64,000 nucleotides of DNA from Gemmobacter nectariphilus (GTDB lineage Bacteria > Pseudomonadota > Alphaproteobacteria > Rhodobacterales > Rhodobacteraceae): contig DYMU01000002.1 of NCBI GenBank assembly GCA_020721445.1, positions 138,085-202,084 of the forward strand, written 5' to 3'. Below the pieces are notes generated by a model, which was given only the letters and a program-made list of their open reading frames with translations, was not told the origin of the DNA and did no database searches. Shown here piece after piece: positions 58,854 through 64,000 of the stretch (the stretch's first letter is position 1; each line of letters begins with the position of its first letter). Both the position numbers and the translations under genes were made by a program.

Positions 58854-59150
58854 CTAACGCCGCCGCCCCGGCGTACGGCTTAGAAACCCCGGTGGGCGCT
58901 TGGCGACCCAGTCAAGGAAGGGCCGCAGGCGGTCACTGTCGCGCAATGCCTCGGGCGTGTTGAAGCTGCGGGCAAGTTCGGCTTCGGTGAACCTTGCATG
59001 CACCTCCTTGTGGCAAATGTGGTGCAGAAGCACCGTCGGCCCTCCCTTGCCGCCTTTCAGTTTAGGGACCAGATGGTGCAGGCTTTGCGCCACACCCGTG
59101 GGGATGGGGCGCAGGCACAGCGGGCAGGTGGGGGCGGTGTCACTTGTCAT
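58854..59150 (-). CDS. small HNH endonuclease-family protein
   Basis: Start set at ATG 59150; 98 aa. CPLC...HHLVPK...HHICHKEVH (HNH / zinc-finger-like pattern). Confidence 0.75.
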   Translation of the reverse strand: MTSDTAPTCPLCLRPIPTGVAQSLHHLVPKLKGGKGGPTVLLHHICHKEVHARFTEAELARSFNTPEALRDSDRLRPFLDWVAKRPPGFLSRTPGRRR

Positions 59151-59307
59151 TGCGTCGGTTCCGCGCCAAAGGATGAACCGGATTTCCTGATTGGCAAGGG
59201 TGCGGCATGGACAAGCAACCAGAACGCGTGATCCCCGCCTTTTGGGCGCAGTCGCTTTTGTGGCCGTCGCCACACCGGGCACTGGCCTTGCCGGCAAAGC
59301 CGGTGGC

Positions 59308-60459
59308 ATGATGGATGCGCTGGTCATCGGTGCCGGCCCGGCGGGCCTGATGGCGGCCGAGGAACTGGCGCGCGCCGGTCGCCGTGTGGTGGTGGCCGAG
59401 GGCAAGGCAACACCTGCGCGCAAGTTTCTGATGGCGGGCAAGTCCGGTTTGAACGTGACCAAGGATGAACCCTTGGCCCGCTTTGCCGCCGCCTATGACA
59501 GCGATTGGCTGGCGCCGATGCTGGCCGGGTTCGGGCCCACAGAGGTGGCGCAGTGGTGCCGAGATCTGGGGCAAGAGGTGTTTACCGGATCGTCGGGCCG
59601 CGTGTTTCCCAAGGCAATGAAGGCCTCGCCTTTGCTGCGCGCCTGGCTGGCGCGCCTTGCGGCGCAGGGAGTAGAGTTGCGCACCCGCTGGCTCTGGCAA
59701 GGCTTTGAGGGCGACGGTCTGCGCTTTGACACACCTGATGGCCCGCAAACCCTGCGCCCGCCTGTGACCGTGCTGGCCTTGGGTGGCGCAAGCTGGGCAA
59801 GGCTGGGGTCGGATGCGGCCTGGGTGCCGTGGCTGGCGGAAAGGGGGGTGACAATCACCCCGTTCCGCCCTGCCAACATGGGGTTTCAGGTTGCGTGGTC
59901 GCCGCATATGGCGCCGTATTTCGGCCAGCCGGTCAAGGGGGCCATGCTGACCGCAGGCAGGCAATCGGTGCGGGCCGAATTTGTGCTGTCGGCCCGTGGG
60001 GTGGAAGGTGGCGCGATCTATTCCCTTAGCCGCGCCCTGCGCGACGGGGCCGCGTTGACCGTGAACCTGGTGCCCGATCTTGCGCCCCAGGTGCTGGTGG
60101 CACGCCTGTTCCGGCTGAAAGCCACCGACAGTCTGGCAAACCGCCTGCGCAAGCTTGGCCTGTCGCCCGCCGCCGCAGCGCTGGTGCAGGAATTTGGCCG
60201 GTCGCTGCCGCTGACCACCGCCCTGACCGCGCTGCCGGTGCCGTTGCAAGGCCCGCGCCCGATCGACGAGGCGATCTCCACCGCCGGGGGGATTGCCCGC
60301 GACAGCCTGACCGACGGGCTGGAGTTGCGCGCATTGCCCGGCGTTTTCGCCTGTGGCGAAATGCTGGATTGGGAGGCCCCGACCGGCGGCTATCTGCTGA
60401 CCGGGGCCTGGGCCAGCGGCAAATGGGCAGGCAGGCATGCGGCGGCGGCGTCTGGGTGA
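59308..60459 (+). CDS. FAD-dependent flavoprotein, BaiN/HI0933-like (TIGR03862-like)
   Basis: Start set at ATG 59308 (MMDALVIGAGPAGLMAAEELARAGRRVVVAE, a dinucleotide-binding fold). ...KFLMAGKSGLNVT... and C-terminal FACGEMLDWEAPTGGYLL. Confidence 0.8.
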   Translation: MMDALVIGAGPAGLMAAEELARAGRRVVVAEGKATPARKFLMAGKSGLNVTKDEPLARFAAAYDSDWLAPMLAGFGPTEVAQWCRDLGQEVFTGSSGRVFPKAMKASPLLRAWLARLAAQGVELRTRWLWQGFEGDGLRFDTPDGPQTLRPPVTVLALGGASWARLGSDAAWVPWLAERGVTITPFRPANMGFQVAWSPHMAPYFGQPVKGAMLTAGRQSVRAEFVLSARGVEGGAIYSLSRALRDGAALTVNLVPDLAPQVLVARLFRLKATDSLANRLRKLGLSPAAAALVQEFGRSLPLTTALTALPVPLQGPRPIDEAISTAGGIARDSLTDGLELRALPGVFACGEMLDWEAPTGGYLLTGAWASGKWAGRHAAAASG

Positions 60460-60478
60460 CGGGTTCTGGCAGGCCGGT

Positions 60479-60790
60479 CTACGGCGAAACCCGCCCGCCT
60501 TGCCGGATCACCATGCCTTCGGGCAACTCCGGGGCGGGCGGGGTGCCGTCTTGCCAAAAGCACAGCCGAACCTCTTCGCCCAACGGCCCGGACAACAGCG
60601 CCCAGTCCAGCCCAAAGCCTTCGTCCAGCAGACCTTCGGCGTAAAAGGCAATCTCTTCGGCCTCCAGCGACTCGCCCATGGCAACCGACCATGCACCATC
60701 GCGAAACCACAGCACCTGTGCCTCGATGTCCTTGTGGGTCAGGGCGATCCGGCCCAAAGCTTCCAGCGCGGTTTCCTTCGTCATCGTCAC
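60479..60790 (-). CDS. hypothetical small acidic protein downstream of holA
   Basis: 103 aa, Glu/Asp/Leu-rich. Same strand as leuS-lptE-holA, 9 nt after the holA stop. No family recognised. Confidence 0.5.
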   Translation of the reverse strand: MTMTKETALEALGRIALTHKDIEAQVLWFRDGAWSVAMGESLEAEEIAFYAEGLLDEGFGLDWALLSGPLGEEVRLCFWQDGTPPAPELPEGMVIRQGGRVSP

Positions 60791-60799
60791 CCCCCCCCG

Positions 60800-61819
60800 T
60801 TATCGCCGCAGCATCGCCAGGCGGATCAGTGCGCGTTCCATCAGTGCCATGCCCGGCGCGCGCGACGCCGAGCGCAGCGTCAGGTCGGTTTCCAGCAGCA
60901 GCGCCACGGCGCTCTCCAGGGTCTGCATCCCCAGGGCCTGCGCCTGCCGCTGCATCTGCTCACGCCTTGGGCCAAAGACGCGGGCCTTTTGCAGGCCCAT
61001 GGCCGGGCCTGCCGGATCGGCTGCCGCCATGTGCAGCGCGCGAAAGTGCCGCAAGGCCTGAATGCAGATCGCCACCGGCAAAACGCCTTGCCCTTCCAGC
61101 CGCCGCAGCAAGAGCCCGATGGCCGGCGCGCGCCCATCGGCCACGGCCAGAAGCAGATCATCCACCTCGGCCTCCAGCGTCGACGGCGCCATCGCGGCCA
61201 CATCGGCGGGGGTCAGCGCGGTGGAATCGCCGTATTTGTACAGCGCGATCTTCTCAAGCGTTTGGCGGAAATCACCGGGGTCCAGCGCGCGGGCAAGGGT
61301 GGTCAGGTCGGCCATCGCCTCGCGGTCAATCTGGGTCAGGCCCGCCTTTTTCAACGCGTCCTCAATGTCTTCCCGGGTCGGCGGGTCATCATACAGCATG
61401 GCGCAAAAGGCGTTGGGGTGCTTGTCAAACAGCATTTTCAACGCTGATTTCGCGGTCAGATTGCCTGCCGTGACCAGAATCGTCGCATCGCCGGGCCGCC
61501 AATCCTTCAGCGCGCGCGCGATGGTATCGGCCAGGGTATCGGTCGCATCTTCGACAAAGGCCGCGCGGGGCCCCGGGAAAAAGCCGATGGCCTTGATCGC
61601 GTCGATCAGCGCCGCGCCATCCTTGCGCAAATCACTGGCCGGGATGCGGGTCAGGCGCATTTCGCCTTCACCCTGCGGGCCGATCAGCGCGGCAATCACC
61701 TCTTGCCGTTTCAGCGCCACCCGCATCGCATCGGCCCCGGCGATCAGCAGGCCGGCCTTGCCGGGATCGGGTTTCGCAAAATACCGGCTGGCCTCGACCC
61801 CTTTCAGGATCATGCCCAA
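60800..61819 (-). CDS. holA: DNA polymerase III delta subunit
   Basis: 339 aa. Position after lptE and overlapping it. Length and pattern (...LLIAGADAMRV..., ...FGPRREQMQRQA...) are consistent with HolA. Confidence 0.8.
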   Translation of the reverse strand: MGMILKGVEASRYFAKPDPGKAGLLIAGADAMRVALKRQEVIAALIGPQGEGEMRLTRIPASDLRKDGAALIDAIKAIGFFPGPRAAFVEDATDTLADTIARALKDWRPGDATILVTAGNLTAKSALKMLFDKHPNAFCAMLYDDPPTREDIEDALKKAGLTQIDREAMADLTTLARALDPGDFRQTLEKIALYKYGDSTALTPADVAAMAPSTLEAEVDDLLLAVADGRAPAIGLLLRRLEGQGVLPVAICIQALRHFRALHMAAADPAGPAMGLQKARVFGPRREQMQRQAQALGMQTLESAVALLLETDLTLRSASRAPGMALMERALIRLAMLRR

Positions 61820-62295
61820 TCGCCCGCCGTGGCCATCAACCGGGTCACGATCTGGTCGGCCAGCATCCGCATCAGCCGGAAGGCCGCGTCTTCCTTGGCG
61901 GCAAGACCCGCCACGGTGCTGCCGGTGGCGGAATAGGCGGTAAAGCCTTGCACCCGCCCGCCCGTCACCCGCTGCCCGGTTGCACGGCTGGTCAGGGTCC
62001 AGTCGATATGGCCGGTCAGGTGATAGCGGGTGATGGCATTGTCGGCGGTGATGCCGACGCCGACATCTTCGGTGGTGATGGTAAAGGCCAGATCATAGGC
62101 CGCAGCATCGGGCCGGCCCAGCCGTTCTTCCAGCCGCTCGACCAGATCAAATCCCCGCTTGTCGGACGGATCGGCCACGCGGACGCGGCCTTGCAAGCCT
62201 GCCGCCGCCGACCCCGGCGCATTGGCCGGGGCAAAGCCGCAGGCAGCCACGGCAAGTGGCGCAAAAAGCACAGATCGGCGGTCAAGCAACGACAT
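61810..62295 (-). CDS. lptE: LPS-assembly lipoprotein LptE
   Basis: 161 aa; lipobox LAVAACG. Conserved leuS-lptE-holA order. Overlaps the leuS stop. Confidence 0.75.
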   Translation of the reverse strand: MSLLDRRSVLFAPLAVAACGFAPANAPGSAAAGLQGRVRVADPSDKRGFDLVERLEERLGRPDAAAYDLAFTITTEDVGVGITADNAITRYHLTGHIDWTLTSRATGQRVTGGRVQGFTAYSATGSTVAGLAAKEDAAFRLMRMLADQIVTRLMATAGDWA

Positions 62296-64000
62296 TTATG
62301 ATACGCCCCGGCACGACGATGATTTTCCTGACCGGCTGGCCGGCAAGGAACCTGATCACATCCTCATTCGCCAGCGCGATCTTTTCAACCTCTGTCGCGG
62401 CCATATCCTTTGGCACGCTGATTTCCGCCCGCCGCTTGCCGTTGATCTGGATCGGCAGAATGACGGTGTCGTCAATCAGCAGCGCCGGGTCGGCCTTGGG
62501 CCAGGTGGCCTGGCAGCACAGGCCCTGCCCGCCCTGCATGGCCCAGATCGATTCCGCGATATGCGGCACCATCGGCTGCATCAACTGCGCCAGCGTGCGG
62601 ATCGCGTCCTTCATCACCGGGGTGCTGGCATTGGCGCGTGCCAGCGTGTTGGTAAAGCCGTATAGCACCGCAATCGCCTTGTTGAAGGCAAAGCTTTCGA
62701 TGCCCTTGGTCACCTCGTCGACGGCCTTTGCCGTGGCGCGGCGCAGGTCGTCATCGCCCTCGCCCAAATGATCCGCAGGCATGTCGCCGATGCGGCTGCA
62801 CAAGCCCCAGACGCGGCTCAGGTGCTTGAACGCCGCCTCGGCCCCCGAGGATGTCCATTCCACATCGCGTTCGGGCGGGCTGTCGGACATCACGAACCAG
62901 CGCGCGGTATCTGCGCCAAAGGACGCAATGATGTTCATCGGATCTACGACATTCTTCTTTGATTTCGACATCTTGGCCGAAGGGATCACCTCGACCACGG
63001 TGCCATCCGCCAATGTGGCACCGACATCAGAGCGGATGATGTCTTCGGGAAGATGATAGACCGGCCGACCACCCGCATCGGTGGTCTTGTAGATCTCATG
63101 CGTCACCATGCCTTGGGTGAACAGGGCGTTGAACGGCTCGATCGCTTTGCCGGGCAGGTGGCCGGTCTTGGCCATCGCGCGGGCGAAGAAGCGCGAATAG
63201 AGCAGGTGCAGGATCGCATGCTCGATGCCGCCGATGTATTGGTCGACATTCATCCAGTAATCGGCGTCCGGCAGGCTGGTGGGCGTGGGCGCATGAGGGC
63301 TGGTGAAGCGGGCGTAATACCATGACGAATCAACGAAAGTATCCATCGTATCGGTTTCGCGCCGGGCCTCGGACCCACATCTGGGGCAGGTGCAGTTGCG
63401 CCATGTCGGGTGGCGGTCCAGCGGGTTGCCGGGCACATCAAAGGTCACGTCATCGGGCAGCCGGATCGGCAGATTGGCCTTCGCCTCGGGCACCACGCCG
63501 CAGGTGGCGCAATGCACCACCGGGATCGGGCAACCCCAATAGCGCTGGCGCGACACCCCCCAATCTCGCAGCCGGAACTTGGTCACGCCTTGGCCGTAAC
63601 CATTTGTTTCGGCGTGGGAAATAGCGGCGGCAATGGCCTCTTCGCCGGTCTGCACCTCGGCCCCGGAAAAGCCGCGCACATAGCGCACGCGTTCCGATTT
63701 CATTGGCACAAACGCCTCGGTCAAGTCTGCATCCTCGGCCCCTTCGGCCACGAAGACGGACTGGATCGGAAGGGCGTATTTCGTGGCAAAATCAAAATCG
63801 CGCTGGTCATGCGCGGGGCAGCCGAAAATCGCGCCGGTGCCATAGTCCATCAGGATGAAATTGGCGATCCAGACCGGCAATTCGCGTGTCGAATCAAGCG
63901 GATGGCGCACCCGGATGCCGGTGTCAAAGCCGATCTTCTCGGCGGTTTCGATCTCTTCGGCCGATGTGCCGCCGCGGCGACATTCGGCCACGAAAGCCGC
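62282..64000 (-). CDS. leuS: leucine--tRNA ligase, N-terminus outside the window
   Basis: The frame is open to the window end. [12 protein letters not shown] (KMSKS) and the zinc-finger region [25 protein letters not shown]. Confidence 0.95.
   Translation of the reverse strand, partial: AAFVAECRRGGTSAEEIETAEKIGFDTGIRVRHPLDSTRELPVWIANFILMDYGTGAIFGCPAHDQRDFDFATKYALPIQSVFVAEGAEDADLTEAFVPMKSERVRYVRGFSGAEVQTGEEAIAAAISHAETNGYGQGVTKFRLRDWGVSRQRYWGCPIPVVHCATCGVVPEAKANLPIRLPDDVTFDVPGNPLDRHPTWRNCTCPRCGSEARRETDTMDTFVDSSWYYARFTSPHAPTPTSLPDADYWMNVDQYIGGIEHAILHLLYSRFFARAMAKTGHLPGKAIEPFNALFTQGMVTHEIYKTTDAGGRPVYHLPEDIIRSDVGATLADGTVVEVIPSAKMSKSKKNVVDPMNIIASFGADTARWFVMSDSPPERDVEWTSSGAEAAFKHLSRVWGLCSRIGDMPADHLGEGDDDLRRATAKAVDEVTKGIESFAFNKAIAVLYGFTNTLARANASTPVMKDAIRTLAQLMQPMVPHIAESIWAMQGGQGLCCQATWPKADPALLIDDTVILPIQINGKRRAEISVPKDMAATEVEKIALANEDVIRFLAGQPVRKIIVVPGRIINVVA

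Overview
High-GC (roughly 65%) alphaproteobacterial chromosome segment. Gene content and order look Rhodobacterales-like; this is inference, since nothing could be searched. All product calls rest on motifs I recognise in the supplied translations, not on alignments.

Contents, left to right:
- 3' part of a DEAD-box helicase with a repetitive basic tail, an IMPase-family gene, pmbA, a secreted DUF2125-like protein, an SDR, a crotonase-family gene and an orphan GntR-type LacI regulator.
- tRNA-Arg(CCU), then pheS and pheT, which are split by a 310-nt spacer.
- The replication block on the minus strand: rpsT-dnaA-dnaN-recF-(VOC, LysE)-gyrB.
- An enoyl-CoA hydratase, mutM, ubiE and ubiB.
- A roughly 17-kb alphaproteobacterial (FlaF/FlbT-type) flagellar cluster, 25.07-42.2 kb: flgD, fliK, a rod-binding FlgJ-like gene, flagellin, flaF, flbT, a DUF1217-like gene, fliI, flgBC, fliE, fliQ, flgFG, flgA, flgH, fliL, flhB, fliR, flhA and a lytic transglycosylase.
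- DUF4170-waaA-lpxK, a CoA-transferase, a DsbA-family gene, a DciA-like gene, mutY and an AlkB-like hydroxylase.
- mtaB-dapF, tRNA-Lys(UUU), and the carboxynorspermidine dehydrogenase and decarboxylase genes.
- rnhB-ccrM, small accessory ORFs (DUF3817, HNH, a flavoprotein), then holA-lptE-leuS (leuS is truncated by the window edge).

I see no CRISPR array, transposase, integrase, prophage or recognisable defence island.

The best candidate for something undescribed is at 54.46-56.23 kb. A signal-peptide mini-protein overlaps the start of a two-TM, receiver-less protein whose OmpR/CadC-type winged helix sits at the C-terminus, the inverse of ToxR/CadC. The pair lies co-directionally upstream of the polyamine genes and divergent from a Cys-repeat secreted protein.

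Other leads:
- a 44-48 aa membrane mini-ORF antisense in the pheS-pheT spacer;
- a repeated G-hairpin + CCCCCGGRRTATTT intergenic element (two copies);
- a perfect DnaA box plus two GANTC sites in front of ccrM, and four GANTC sites upstream of dnaA;
- two unassigned ORFs embedded in flagellar operons;
- short tandem repeats at two gene junctions.

Many long ORFs in the six-frame track are antisense artefacts of the high GC content and were not called.
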